Counted from the stretch's first letter, positions 1-9,951 are shown. The stretch: 64,000 nucleotides of DNA from Alphaproteobacteria bacterium (GCA_016794225.1 JAEUKQ010000003.1:10215-74214), one strand, 5' to 3'. Notes: generated from the sequence alone by a model not told the origin. Program-made: numbers and translations.

Positions 1-527
1 AGTTTTTGAAATAAATCAGGCCTTGTAACAGCCAGAAGTCTTGTTTTAAAAAAGTCCTTGCTTGACCCTTGATCAACCATATAGCAAGCCAATGTCCATG
101 GACAACCTGAAAAACCTATTAAACTTACCTCTTTGGGTAATTGGTCTTTTACAATTTTTATAGCCTTAAAAACATTTAATAGCTTATTATTTTCAAAAAT
201 TAATCTATCGCTGTTTAAAATATCAACTAGCGGCAACGAGGATAATTTAGGCCCAACACCTTCAATAAAATCAACGCTTTGCCCGAAAGCATAAGGAATA
301 ACAAGTATATCAGAAAAAATTATTGCTGCATCAAAACCAAATCTTCTGATCGGTTGCAGCGTAGCTTCTGCAGCTAATTCGGGATTAAAACAAAAATCCA
401 TAAAATTTTTCGCTTTTACCCTTAGTTCACGGTATTCAGGTAAATATCTTCCAGCCTGCCTCATAAGCCAAAGGCTTGTTCTTGAATTTAAGCCCTTAAA
501 AGTTAGTAAAAACTCTTTCTTAATCAT
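1..527 (-). CDS. hemE: Uroporphyrinogen decarboxylase, N-terminal 175 codons; the CDS continues past the window start
   Basis: Minus-strand translation from the ATG at 527 gives MIKKEFLLTFKGLNSRTSLWLMRQAGRYLPEYRELR..., which contains the HemE signature MRQAGRYLPEY. No stop codon before the window edge; the ORF track missed it because it is truncated. Confidence 0.85.
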   Translation of the reverse strand, partial: MIKKEFLLTFKGLNSRTSLWLMRQAGRYLPEYRELRVKAKNFMDFCFNPELAAEATLQPIRRFGFDAAIIFSDILVIPYAFGQSVDFIEGVGPKLSSLPLVDILNSDRLIFENNKLLNVFKAIKIVKDQLPKEVSLIGFSGCPWTLACYMVDQGSSKDFFKTRLLAVTRPDLFQK

Positions 528-785
528 TAATAGATTACTTAATAAATATGTTGATGTAGTAGGTTTATAAAAATACGTTATAAAAAATTATAAATTTTTA
601 TCCACAGAATTAATCACAGAACATTTTACGTCAGATTGTTTTTATAAAATGACGAAACAAAAATATGCACAATATTTGAAAAAACATTAAAAAAATACTA
701 ACCAGTTCACAAATATGTGGATAGAATGTTTATAGTTTGCAGGTTTTTAAAGTAAACAACTTTATTCACAAATAATCCACAAGAT
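528..785. other. Candidate chromosomal replication origin (Cori/oriC): AT-rich hemE–maf intergenic region with clustered DnaA boxes
   Basis: DnaA-box matches: perfect TTATCCACA at 598-606; one-mismatch boxes TGTGGATAG (revcomp CTATCCACA) at 716-724, TTATTCACA at 762-770 and TAATCCACA at 773-781; two-mismatch TTAATCACA at 610-618. A long A/T run at 560-600 could serve as the DNA-unwinding element. Sits immediately beside hemE, the conserved origin-flanking gene in alphaproteobacteria. Confidence 0.6.
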
Positions 786-1376
786 ATGTCAATAATTCTT
801 GCTTCTGCCAGTTATATTCGTGCCACACTTCTTCGAAATGCAGGGCTTAATATAAAAAGCCACCCAGCATCAATTGATGAAGAAGCTATTGCGCATGAAC
901 GTAAGAAAATGGGCACACCACCTGAAGAAATAGCACTTTGGCTTGCGCGCGCAAAAGCTGAAAAAGTCAGCAGATTGTTTAAAAACCAGCATGTTATCGG
1001 GGTTGATCAGGTGCTTGTTCAGGGTAAAGAATTTCTTGAAAAACCGAAAAACCATGCAGAAGCTTTAATACAACTAGGTAAATTATCTGCAAAACAGCAC
1101 ACATTGTTTACAAGTGCTGTAATATTTAAGGACGGTAATGAATTGTGGTCTGTAACAACCACAGCCATGATGAGCATGCATGAACTTCAACAAGAAGAAA
1201 TAGTTGAATATCTAAAACGCAATCCAACAGTCATTCATAATTTGGGAAGTTATAATTTTGAGGGGGAGGGGATAAGGCTTTTTAAAAAAGTCGTGGGCGA
1301 TTACTTTTCGATATTAGGAATTCCAGTACTTGAGATTATAAATTTTTTTAGGCGGGAAGGTCAGTTGTTTATATGA
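786..1376 (+). CDS. maf: Maf-like nucleotide pyrophosphatase / septum formation protein
   Basis: 196 aa beginning MSIILASASYIR..., typical Maf N-terminus. Its last 4 nt overlap coaE. Confidence 0.85.
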   Translation: MSIILASASYIRATLLRNAGLNIKSHPASIDEEAIAHERKKMGTPPEEIALWLARAKAEKVSRLFKNQHVIGVDQVLVQGKEFLEKPKNHAEALIQLGKLSAKQHTLFTSAVIFKDGNELWSVTTTAMMSMHELQQEEIVEYLKRNPTVIHNLGSYNFEGEGIRLFKKVVGDYFSILGIPVLEIINFFRREGQLFI

Positions 1377-1993
1377 AGATATTTGGCCTTACTGGCAATA
1401 TTGCTAGTGGTAAAACAACGATTGCTAAAATACTGCGTCAGAAAAAGATCCCCATTTTTGAAGCAGATCGCCAAGTCAACCTTTTAAAAAAACAGCGAGA
1501 TATTTTTTACAATTATATGGTTAACAAAGGTTTTTCAGGAAATCGTGGTTTTTTGCCTTCCACACCCGAGTTGCGGGAAATAATATTGAAAAACCCAGAT
1601 ATTTTAATAGAACTGGAAAAATTACTTCACCCACTTGTTCATCAGCAAGAAAAGCAATTTATTGCGACTGCGAGGCGATATCGCAAGAAGCTTGTATTTT
1701 TTGATATACCGCTTCTTTTTGAGGTAGAAGACTACAGAAATTTCTTTGATGCAATATTTCTCGTGCATGTATGTTCATTTGTTCAACGTCAGCGTGCCTT
1801 AAAAAGAAAAAATATGACAGAACGTTGGGTTGATTTTATCAGTCAAAGACAGTTAGCCGTAGCCTTTAAAATAAAACAAAGCCATGTTGCGATTAATACG
1901 GGATCAAGTATGAGGCATAGCCGCGAAAGATTCTTGCAAACATTGAAGTCAATAAATAATCAACCCAAAACAAGATTAAAATATCCTAGATAG
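1373..1993 (+). CDS. coaE: Dephospho-CoA kinase
   Basis: 206 aa with a GLTGNIASGKTT P-loop at the N-terminus followed by an ...EADRQV motif. Conserved position upstream of dnaQ. Confidence 0.8.
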   Translation: MKIFGLTGNIASGKTTIAKILRQKKIPIFEADRQVNLLKKQRDIFYNYMVNKGFSGNRGFLPSTPELREIILKNPDILIELEKLLHPLVHQQEKQFIATARRYRKKLVFFDIPLLFEVEDYRNFFDAIFLVHVCSFVQRQRALKRKNMTERWVDFISQRQLAVAFKIKQSHVAINTGSSMRHSRERFLQTLKSINNQPKTRLKYPR

Positions 1994-2000
1994 GACCATC

Positions 2001-2681
2001 ATGCGTGAAATAATTCTTGATACGGAAACCACAGGGCTTGATCCCGATAAAGGAGACCGGGTTATCGAAATTGCCTGCGTTGAATTGATCAATTATTTAC
2101 CAACAGGTCAATATATTCAGTATTATCTGAATCCAGAAAGAACAGTTCCCTCAGATGCAGTAGCCGTTCATGGATTAACAACTGAATTTTTATTAGACAA
2201 GCCAAAATTTATTCAAATAGCCGATCGTTTTCTTGATTTTATTGGCAATGCCCCGCTGGTTATTCACAATGCTGAGTTTGACATACGCTTTATTAATGCC
2301 GAACTTACGAGAATCCGTAAAGACACCATCCAATTAACCCGAAGTATTGATACCGTATTAATGGCACGCCAGAAATTTCCTGGCGCACCCGCGAATCTTG
2401 ACGCACTATGTCGTCGATTTAATATCGATATAAGTCGCCGCGATAAACACGGGGCACTGCTTGATTGCCAATTGCTATCACAAGTATATTTAGAGCTGCG
2501 TGGCGGCCGTCAAAAAGGACTTTCCCTTGACGTATCTGAAAGTTCAATCAAAACACTTGTCAGTAACAGCCCTAAAAAACCATTCCAACGATCATTGGTC
2601 ATCCAACCATCTGACCAAGAGCTAAAAGACCATCAAGAAATGCTTAGTAAGCTTCAAAAGCCCTTGTGGGGCCAAAGCTGA
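2001..2681 (+). CDS. dnaQ: DNA polymerase III epsilon subunit (3'-5' proofreading exonuclease)
   Basis: 226 aa. Exo I motif ILDTETTGL; HNAEFDIRF and HGALLD motifs also present. Confidence 0.9.
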   Translation: MREIILDTETTGLDPDKGDRVIEIACVELINYLPTGQYIQYYLNPERTVPSDAVAVHGLTTEFLLDKPKFIQIADRFLDFIGNAPLVIHNAEFDIRFINAELTRIRKDTIQLTRSIDTVLMARQKFPGAPANLDALCRRFNIDISRRDKHGALLDCQLLSQVYLELRGGRQKGLSLDVSESSIKTLVSNSPKKPFQRSLVIQPSDQELKDHQEMLSKLQKPLWGQS

Positions 2682-2686
2682 TGGTT

Positions 2687-3244
2687 TTATTGTACCGAAT
2701 TACTTTCAGCCGGCTGTGCCGCTGCCAACTGGCGTTGCCTTTCACGATACAAAGAAACAAAATCGATTGGCTGTAGCTGTGGTAGCGGAATAACGCCATC
2801 ACGGGATAAATTGGCAACAATTTGCCGCACAAAGGGGAAAAGTAATCTTGGAGCTTCAATCATCAAAAGTGGCTCAATTGCTTCAACAGGAACTGATTGT
2901 AAATGAAAAAGCCCAGCATACTCAACTTCTGCCAAACACTTGAATTTTTCATGCATCGTCGCTTCAAGCAGAATTTTTAAAACAACTTCAAAATCAGTTG
3001 TGTTGAACTGTGCGATTCGGATATCGATTTTAACACTGCCCTTAGGGGTCTGATGACCTAACTGAATAATCTCGACAGAACTCGGATTTTCATAAGATAA
3101 ATCTTTTAAATATTGGGCAACCAAACTGAAACCGAAAGATTTATCCTTATCGGGTGCTGGTGTTTTTTGTGCCGAGTCGCTGGTATTCTCTTTATTGGCA
3201 GAACTATTGGCTGAATTCTTGCCCGAACGATTTTCAGTCATCAT
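2687..3244 (-). CDS. secB: Protein-export chaperone SecB
   Basis: SecB core ...FGFSLVAQYLKDLSYENP... is present. The 213-aa ORF in the track (ending at 3328) likely overextends; start taken at the internal MM TENRSG at 3244/3241. Confidence 0.8.
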   Translation of the reverse strand: MMTENRSGKNSANSSANKENTSDSAQKTPAPDKDKSFGFSLVAQYLKDLSYENPSSVEIIQLGHQTPKGSVKIDIRIAQFNTTDFEVVLKILLEATMHEKFKCLAEVEYAGLFHLQSVPVEAIEPLLMIEAPRLLFPFVRQIVANLSRDGVIPLPQLQPIDFVSLYRERQRQLAAAQPAESNSVQ

Positions 3245-3480
3245 CAATATCCTTAGAAAAATTTCAATAATTTCCAAAAAACTTATGCCCGAAGATAGGT
3301 TTTTTAGCAAGTGTTTCCTTGTTGCCAAAATATCTTTTGCTGTTGATTAAGCCTAATATTGGCTTTTGAATTTGTTTTTAGCAGAATTTTAGCAAAATTA
3401 TTTTGACATAGATTTTTACTGGATTTGTTGTTAGTTTTTCCTATATCTATTTTATCATTCAACAAATATTCTGGTATAAA

Positions 3481-4161
3481 ATGACAGACTCAGATTGGCT
3501 TCAGATTATTTTTTTCGCAGCTTTGGCCGTTTTCTTTCTTATTCGGTTACGTCAGGTTCTTGGGCAAAGAACAGGTAACGAGCAAAAATATAAACAGCAG
3601 AAAATCCTTCAAATGCCACTGCCTGGGCAAAAGCATCAGCCAGAAAAAGTTACCGAGAGAAGTAATATCGAAAACGAACAAGAAAAGTCTTTCCTCTTAT
3701 CGCCTGAATTAGTCAATAATGTACAAGAACTGCAGCGACAATACCCAGCTTTTCAACCTTCAACATTCGTCAAAGGTGCAAAGATAGCTTTTGAAACTAT
3801 ACTCGAAGCGTATGCCGCAGGGAACACAAATACCCTAAAAACATTAGTTGATCAGGATATGTTTGATTTGTTTAACCAAGCGATTATAACGCGCCAGCAA
3901 AAAGGACAGCATCAAGAAACAATGATTGTTGCTATTAAAGAAGCAAAGATTCAGTCTATTCAAAGTGACGCTACAAGGGCGGTAATATCGGTTATTATTG
4001 TGTCTGAGCAGATCAACGCGCTCCGTAACCAACAAGGGCAGGTTATTGAAGGGGATGCCACCGCAGTAATGACCGTTCGTGATTTGTGGACATTTGCAAA
4101 AGACTTGCGGCGGACTGACCCTAATTGGTTGTTAATTGCTACTGAAAATGCAGAAGCTTAA
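3481..4161 (+). CDS. Tim44-like domain membrane protein
   Basis: 226 aa with an N-terminal transmembrane helix (WLQIIFFAALAVFFLIRL) and a Tim44-like C-terminal domain. Conserved secB-divergent neighbour in alphaproteobacteria. Confidence 0.7.
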   Translation: MTDSDWLQIIFFAALAVFFLIRLRQVLGQRTGNEQKYKQQKILQMPLPGQKHQPEKVTERSNIENEQEKSFLLSPELVNNVQELQRQYPAFQPSTFVKGAKIAFETILEAYAAGNTNTLKTLVDQDMFDLFNQAIITRQQKGQHQETMIVAIKEAKIQSIQSDATRAVISVIIVSEQINALRNQQGQVIEGDATAVMTVRDLWTFAKDLRRTDPNWLLIATENAEA

Positions 4162-5416
4162 GCAGTTCATTGCCCTTAACCCAGTTGGTATCTTATCTGT
4201 AGGTTTGGGCTTGATTTTAGGCTGGATTTTTCTGACTAAACAGTTAGAAATTTTTGAGCCTAAGCCATCCGAGAACCTTATCAACCTAGTTCCTATACCG
4301 TTCACTAATTTGCCAGGTTGGAATAACGATACGATCAGCGATATTTTACCGGCCATTAAAAACTCCTGTCGCTTATATCTAAAGATGGACCAGGAACGCA
4401 TATTGTCATCATCGATTTGGTTAGTTAAAGCCAAAGACTGGCAGCCGATTTGCCAGAATATCGAGGCGGTTGATGCAAATTTTGCTGCTACAGCAGCATT
4501 TCTAGAATATTGGTTTCAGGTGTTTGAAATGCAACCAAATATACAAATACCTGGATTATTTACAGGATATTATGAACCAAAAATTGCCGGTGCACGATCA
4601 GCTGATGATCAATATAAATTTCCCTTGTATGGCCTTCCAAAAGATTTGATAACAATTGATCTTGGTAAATTTCGATCAGAGTGGCAAGGGCAGCAAATTA
4701 TTGGCCGTTTTGTCAATCAAAGGTTTGAACCCTATCATACTCGCGAATCAATCGCTAAAGGGGCGTTACGTAATCAAGGATACGAAATTGTCTGGCTTCG
4801 TGACAACATCGATGGTTTTTTTCTGGAAATCCAAGGATCCGGGGTTATTAGCTTGCCTGATGGCCAAGAATTAAGGGTTGGTTATGCCGGAAAAAATGGG
4901 CATCCTTACCGGGCTATTGGGGCAAAACTCATTGAAGAAGGTGTACTTAAGCGTGAAGAAGTAAGCCTGCAATCTATTCGTGCTTGGCTTCAAGCTAACC
5001 CAGATCAACAACAGCGAGTGATGAACTTTAATCCAAGCTACGTCTTCTTCAAATTACAACAGGGTGTTACAGGAGCAGTAGGAGCACAAAATACTGTTTT
5101 AACGGCGGGTCGTAGCATGGCAGTTGATCCAGCTTATATCCCACTTGGAACACTGCTATGGCTTGATACAACATGGCCATCGCCGATGCGGCAAGAAACA
5201 CAAGATAAAAATCGCTTAAAATTACAGCGATTAATGATTGCTCAAGACACTGGTGGCGCTATTAAAGGACCTATTCGCGGTGATATTTTTTTTGGTACGG
5301 GCGATGAAGCAGGTGAAATTGCAGGTTATATGAAACAGTCAGGAAAATATTATATTATCCTACCAAAGACAGTTATGCCGGTAAACCAAATCCTAAATAC
5401 CAAAAATAATAAATAA
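4136..5416 (+). CDS. mltA: Membrane-bound lytic murein transglycosylase A
   Basis: 426 aa with MltA/3D-domain motifs (FTGYYEP, GKYYIILP-type C-terminus). N-terminal membrane anchor. The 5' end overlaps the upstream gene; an alternative start is the M at 4148. Confidence 0.8.
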   Translation: MLLKMQKLKQFIALNPVGILSVGLGLILGWIFLTKQLEIFEPKPSENLINLVPIPFTNLPGWNNDTISDILPAIKNSCRLYLKMDQERILSSSIWLVKAKDWQPICQNIEAVDANFAATAAFLEYWFQVFEMQPNIQIPGLFTGYYEPKIAGARSADDQYKFPLYGLPKDLITIDLGKFRSEWQGQQIIGRFVNQRFEPYHTRESIAKGALRNQGYEIVWLRDNIDGFFLEIQGSGVISLPDGQELRVGYAGKNGHPYRAIGAKLIEEGVLKREEVSLQSIRAWLQANPDQQQRVMNFNPSYVFFKLQQGVTGAVGAQNTVLTAGRSMAVDPAYIPLGTLLWLDTTWPSPMRQETQDKNRLKLQRLMIAQDTGGAIKGPIRGDIFFGTGDEAGEIAGYMKQSGKYYIILPKTVMPVNQILNTKNNK

Positions 5417-5435
5417 ACACCCTTTTATAACCTGA

Positions 5436-6014
5436 TTGTTAAATTCAATGCCTGCAAAATATAAAAAACAGATAACACCAAGCGACCTTGGTTTGTGGGT
5501 ACAAATCGTTCGGAATGTGCAACCACTTAGAAATGTCAAACAGATCGAAGATATAAAAAAACCACCAAAGAAACCTATTCTTGTTCAAGAGAAAACTTTT
5601 CTCTTGGAGGATAGAACTGTTAAAAACAAAAATCGTAATCAGCCAAATGGTTCTCAAGATAGGCCTTCATTGGATAAGTTTGATCAGTTGGATGGAGCCT
5701 TACAACGTCGTTTAAAACGCGGTGAAATAAGAATTGCTGGCCGACTTGATTTGCACGGTTATACGCGCGCCGATGCCCATGCCAGGCTTTTATCCTTCTT
5801 GCACCAAGCCCATCAAGCGCAAGACCGCTGTGTTTTAGTGATTACAGGTAAGGGCAGGGAGCAACAATCAGGTGTTTTACAGCGAGAAGTTCCAATTTGG
5901 CTAAGTTCTGAAGAGATGCGCCGCATAGTATTGGCCTTCTGTCACGCCCAAAAGCGTGACGGCGGTGTCGGAGCTTTATATATACTTATCAGAAGAAAAA
6001 GACCAGAAGCTTAG
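5436..6014 (+). CDS. Smr-domain protein
   Basis: C-terminal Smr domain LDLHGYTRADAHARLLSFL...VITGKG. Confidence 0.75.
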   Translation: MLNSMPAKYKKQITPSDLGLWVQIVRNVQPLRNVKQIEDIKKPPKKPILVQEKTFLLEDRTVKNKNRNQPNGSQDRPSLDKFDQLDGALQRRLKRGEIRIAGRLDLHGYTRADAHARLLSFLHQAHQAQDRCVLVITGKGREQQSGVLQREVPIWLSSEEMRRIVLAFCHAQKRDGGVGALYILIRRKRPEA

Positions 6015-6029
6015 ATTTTCAGCTGATTG

Positions 6030-7373
6030 TTATAATATGAATTTGCTAAGATCTTTGTTTTTTGCCAGACCTGCAATCCGTTCTTGAACATAATTTCCGT
6101 CAATAACCACGGTTGATCCCGCCCTATCAGTAGCGTTAAAGCTAATTTCTTCCAACAATTTCTCTAATACTGTGTGCAAACGTCTTGCACCAATATTTTC
6201 GATTGTTGAATTAATCAAGGCGGCCAAATCTGATAAACTGTCTATAGCCTCGGGGGTAAACTCCAGATTAATATCCTCGGTCTTTAAAAGAGCTTTATAT
6301 TGTTTTACCAGGCTTGTTTCAGGTTCCATCAAAATTCTTTTGAAATCATCACGGCTTAAAGCTTGCAGTTCAACTCGTATGGGTAATCGCCCCTGCAATT
6401 CTGGCAAAAGATCTGATGGTTTAGCCATATGAAATGCCCCGGAAGCTATAAACAAAATATGATCTGTTTTGACAGTGCCATATTTTGTTGGGACTTGTGT
6501 TCCTTCAATTAAGGGTAATAAGTCACGCTGAACACCCTCGCGACTAACGTCTGCTCCTACACGTTCCGAACGCGCGCAAATTTTATCAATTTCATCAATA
6601 AAAACAATTCCATTTTCTTCGACGGCGCGGATAGCATCTTGCGTGACTTTTTCTTGATCCAATAATTTGTCGCTTTCTTCAATAATCAGAACCTTGTAAC
6701 TTTCGGCAACAGTCAATCGGCGTGTTTTCGTGCGGCCACCCATAACCTGGCCAACAATATCATTTAAATTAAGCATACCCATTGTTGCTCCGGGCATACC
6801 GGGAATATCAAAAGTTGGCAGTTTGCTGGCAGGATTATCTTTCACTTGAATTTCTATTTCCCGTTGATCCAGTTCCCCAGCCCGCAGCATTTTGCGAAAT
6901 TTGCTGCGGGTTTCTGGTGCTGCAGATTCGCCAACTAATGCGTCCAGAACCCGCTCTTCAGCCATAATCTCGGCTTTTGCTAATACCTCTTTTCGCATGC
7001 GCTCGCGCGATAAATGTAGGCTAATCTCAACAAGATCACGAATTATTTGTTCAACATCACGGCCAACATAACCAATCTCGGTAAATTTTGTGGCTTCAAC
7101 TTTTAAAAAAGGTGCTTGCGCCAGTTTGGCAAGACGGCGGGCTATTTCTGTTTTACCAACACCAGTCGGGCCAATCATTAAAATATTTTTGGGTAAAACC
7201 TCTTCACGCATTTGGCTTGGTAATTGTTGCCGCCTCCATCGGTTACGTAAAGCAACAGCCACAGCTTTTTTAGCATCGTGTTGACCAATAATATACCGAT
7301 CTAATTCTGAAACAATTTCGCGTGGTGTAAAGTTAGAAGCAGTGTTTGAGGGGGCAGAAGTAATATCGTTCAT
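6030..7373 (-). CDS. hslU: ATP-dependent protease ATPase subunit HslU
   Basis: 447 aa. N-terminus [16 protein letters not shown]... and a Walker A GPTGVGKT. Confidence 0.95.
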   Translation of the reverse strand: MNDITSAPSNTASNFTPREIVSELDRYIIGQHDAKKAVAVALRNRWRRQQLPSQMREEVLPKNILMIGPTGVGKTEIARRLAKLAQAPFLKVEATKFTEIGYVGRDVEQIIRDLVEISLHLSRERMRKEVLAKAEIMAEERVLDALVGESAAPETRSKFRKMLRAGELDQREIEIQVKDNPASKLPTFDIPGMPGATMGMLNLNDIVGQVMGGRTKTRRLTVAESYKVLIIEESDKLLDQEKVTQDAIRAVEENGIVFIDEIDKICARSERVGADVSREGVQRDLLPLIEGTQVPTKYGTVKTDHILFIASGAFHMAKPSDLLPELQGRLPIRVELQALSRDDFKRILMEPETSLVKQYKALLKTEDINLEFTPEAIDSLSDLAALINSTIENIGARRLHTVLEKLLEEISFNATDRAGSTVVIDGNYVQERIAGLAKNKDLSKFIL

Positions 7374-7933
7374 AGGTTTTCAATCGTAATGTTGTTGTTG
7401 GTGTAAACACATAGCTCGGCAGCAATTTTCATCGATCTTTTTACAATCTCTAAGGCATCAAACTGGTCAATCGCGATTAAGGCTTTGGCAGCGGATAGAG
7501 CAAAATTTCCGCCCGAACCAATACCAATAATACCGCCGTCTGGTTCCAAAACATCACCGGCTCCAGTTAAAATGAAACTGCTGTTCTTATCAGCAACCGC
7601 CATCATGGCTTCCAGGCGGCGTAAATAACGATCGGTCCGCCAGTCTTTAGCCAATTCAACACATGCCCTAGCTAATTGACCGGGGTGTTTTTCCAATTTT
7701 GCCTCCAGTCGCTCGAAAAGCGTTAAGGCATCGGCGGTTGATCCGGCGAATCCTGCAATAATATCTCCTTTACCAAGACGCCTAACTTTCTTAGCTGTGG
7801 ATTTAATAATCGTTGGGCCGTGTGATACCTGGCCATCTCCCGCAATAACGACTTGGGTTCCCTTACGAACACATAAAATGGTTGTGCCGTGCCATCCGGG
7901 ATTATCTTGGTTGTTTAAGTCAAAATGAACCAA
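7370..7933 (-). CDS. hslV: ATP-dependent protease subunit HslV
   Basis: 187 aa. A short N-terminal extension precedes the active-site TTILCVRKG; GDGQVS motif present. Overlaps hslU by 4 nt. Confidence 0.95.
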   Translation of the reverse strand: MVHFDLNNQDNPGWHGTTILCVRKGTQVVIAGDGQVSHGPTIIKSTAKKVRRLGKGDIIAGFAGSTADALTLFERLEAKLEKHPGQLARACVELAKDWRTDRYLRRLEAMMAVADKNSSFILTGAGDVLEPDGGIIGIGSGGNFALSAAKALIAIDQFDALEIVKRSMKIAAELCVYTNNNITIENL

Positions 7934-7973
7934 TCTCTTCTCCTGCTTGCGTAAAAAGCATAAAACAATTTAG

Positions 7974-8003
7974 TATATGGGTCTGGTACCATAAACTAAC
8001 AAG
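7974..8003 (-). promoter_or_regulatory. Sigma32 (RpoH)-type heat-shock promoter upstream of hslVU
   Basis: Minus strand reads CTTG (8003-8000), an 18-nt spacer, then CCCATATA (7981-7974), about 40 nt upstream of the hslV start. Same architecture as the dnaK promoter in this window. Confidence 0.5.
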
Positions 8004-8058
8004 ACCCAATACTATGACAAAGTGCAATAATTTCAAAAATACCAATCGCGAGGGAAGT

Positions 8059-8418
8059 ATGGCTTATAACCAAAATAATATTTTTGCCAAAATTATTCGG
8101 GGTGAAATACCTTGTCAGAAAGTTTATGAGGATCAGGAAATCCTTGCATTTCATGATATTAATCCTAAGGCAAAGACCCATGTTTTAATTGTGCCTAAAG
8201 CGGCCTATATTTCATGGGATGATTTTGCCATGCAGGCAACAAGTTCACAAACAGCAGCTTTGATGAAAGCAATACCGATTGTCGCCAGAAAACTTGGTCT
8301 TGAAAAACAGGGGTATCGTATTATTGCTAATCATGGCCATCATGCACATCAAGAAGTTCCACATTTTCACCTTCATCTTCTTGGCGGAAATCCATTGGGG
8401 CCGTTAGTTCAGTCGTAA
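8059..8418 (+). CDS. HIT-family (histidine triad) nucleotide-binding protein
   Basis: HIT motif HFHLHLLGG at the C-terminus. Start chosen at the ATG at 8059, preceded by a GAGGGAAG ribosome-binding site. The longer ORF in the track (from 7882) overlaps the hslV promoter. Confidence 0.8.
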   Translation: MAYNQNNIFAKIIRGEIPCQKVYEDQEILAFHDINPKAKTHVLIVPKAAYISWDDFAMQATSSQTAALMKAIPIVARKLGLEKQGYRIIANHGHHAHQEVPHFHLHLLGGNPLGPLVQS

Positions 8419-8421
8419 AAT

Positions 8422-9951
8422 TTAGTCAGATAGCTTGGGATTAACACGTCGATAACTAAGAGCTTCAGCTAGGTGCGCACGTTCTATGATAGCTGATTCA
8501 GCAAGGTCGGCTATTGTTCTTGCCACACGCAAGGTTCGGTGATATCCACGCGCCGATAAAGCCATTTTTTCTGAGGCATTGTTCAATAATTGCTGTGCCT
8601 CGGGACGCAAAGATGTAATTTCTTCAAGTTTTTTAAGCGGTATTTCCGCGTTAGCGATTGACAGTTCGTTATCTTTGAACTGATGTCGGTATCTTTTTTC
8701 CTGATACCGAAGCGCTTGAGTAACGCGTTCACGTACATCTGCAGTTTTTTCGCCCAACCGTTGTTGGCTTAAAAGATGCGGTGATACAGAAGCGAGTTCA
8801 ATGGTCAAGTCCAGCCGGTCAAAAAATGGACCAGAAATTTTAGATTGATAGGTTTCAGCGCAGTAGGGTTTTTTACTGCAAGATAAGGCCGGCTGATCAA
8901 AATAACCACAGCGACACGGGTTCATTGCTGCAACTAACTGGAAACGGGCAGGATATGTAATATGATGGTTGGCGCGCGCAATCATCACATTCTTTGTTTC
9001 GAGCGGTTGCCTCAGGGAATCGAGGGATTGTCTTGAAAATTCTGGCAATTCATCTAAAAAAAGTACGCCATTATGTGCTAATGAAACCTCGCCCGGTTTG
9101 GCACGTAGTCCGCCGCCGATCAAAGCCGCCATTGAGGAAGAATGGTGTGGGTCACGAAACGGGCGATCACGAACAATACTCTGATTTCCTAGCTGACCTG
9201 CAAGGCTATAGATAATGGTTGTTTCTAAAGCTTCGGATGCCGATAAAGGTGGAAGAATGCCAGGTAGTCGCGCTGCCAGCATGGATTTTCCAGCACCGGG
9301 TGGTCCAACCATAAGTAAATTATGACGTCCTGCAGCAGCAATTTCAAGGGCACGTTTGGCTGTTTCTTGGCCGCGAATATCTTGTAGGTCTTTATCGTTC
9401 GTTGACAAATCAGGCAATTTCACAGCACCTTGCTTCAGTATCCTTTCGCCCTTAAGACAGCTTAGTAAAACTAATAAATTGGCAGCAGGAATAATGGATG
9501 TAGATCCAGCCCAGGCGGCTTCATTACCCTGCTGTTCCGGGCAAATAAGTGTTAGCTTGTGTTCAGCTGCGTATAAAGCGGCTGCCAAAACGCCATTAAT
9601 TGGTGAAATTCGACCATCCAAACCGAGTTCACCAACCGCGCAATATTGGTCTAGATTGATATCATTCAACCCATTAGTTGCTGCTAACAATGCTAAAGCA
9701 ATCGGTAAATCATAATGGCTACCTTCTTTCATAAGATCAGCAGGCGCCAAGTTAACCGTGATTCGCTTGCCGGGAAGGGATAAGCCAATTGACTGAAAAG
9801 CAGCCCGAACCCGTTCACGACTTTCGGCAATTGCTTTGTCAGGCAACCCAACAATTGTAAAATTTGGCAACCCATTTACAAGTTGCACCTGCACATCTAC
9901 TTGTTGTGCATGAAGACCAATAAAAGCAACTGTTTTTACAGAAATACTCAT
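8422..9951 (-). CDS. YifB/ComM-family Mg-chelatase-like AAA+ ATPase
   Basis: Walker A GPPGAGKS and the typical C-terminal domain. Start placed at the internal MSISVKTVAFIGL (9951) rather than the ORF maximum at 10008. Confidence 0.85.
   Translation of the reverse strand: MSISVKTVAFIGLHAQQVDVQVQLVNGLPNFTIVGLPDKAIAESRERVRAAFQSIGLSLPGKRITVNLAPADLMKEGSHYDLPIALALLAATNGLNDINLDQYCAVGELGLDGRISPINGVLAAALYAAEHKLTLICPEQQGNEAAWAGSTSIIPAANLLVLLSCLKGERILKQGAVKLPDLSTNDKDLQDIRGQETAKRALEIAAAGRHNLLMVGPPGAGKSMLAARLPGILPPLSASEALETTIIYSLAGQLGNQSIVRDRPFRDPHHSSSMAALIGGGLRAKPGEVSLAHNGVLFLDELPEFSRQSLDSLRQPLETKNVMIARANHHITYPARFQLVAAMNPCRCGYFDQPALSCSKKPYCAETYQSKISGPFFDRLDLTIELASVSPHLLSQQRLGEKTADVRERVTQALRYQEKRYRHQFKDNELSIANAEIPLKKLEEITSLRPEAQQLLNNASEKMALSARGYHRTLRVARTIADLAESAIIERAHLAEALSYRRVNPKLSD

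Noticed and set aside
7882-8058. N-terminal extensions of ORFs in the track that overlap upstream genes. Cases: HIT from 7882; yifB from 10008; the Usp-like gene from 45453; the NifU-like gene from 46026; ybeY from 52922; secB to 3328; grpE from 19143.
   Set aside because: In each case an internal start with a good Shine-Dalgarno sequence gives a protein of family-typical length. The extension would overlap a neighbouring gene or promoter.
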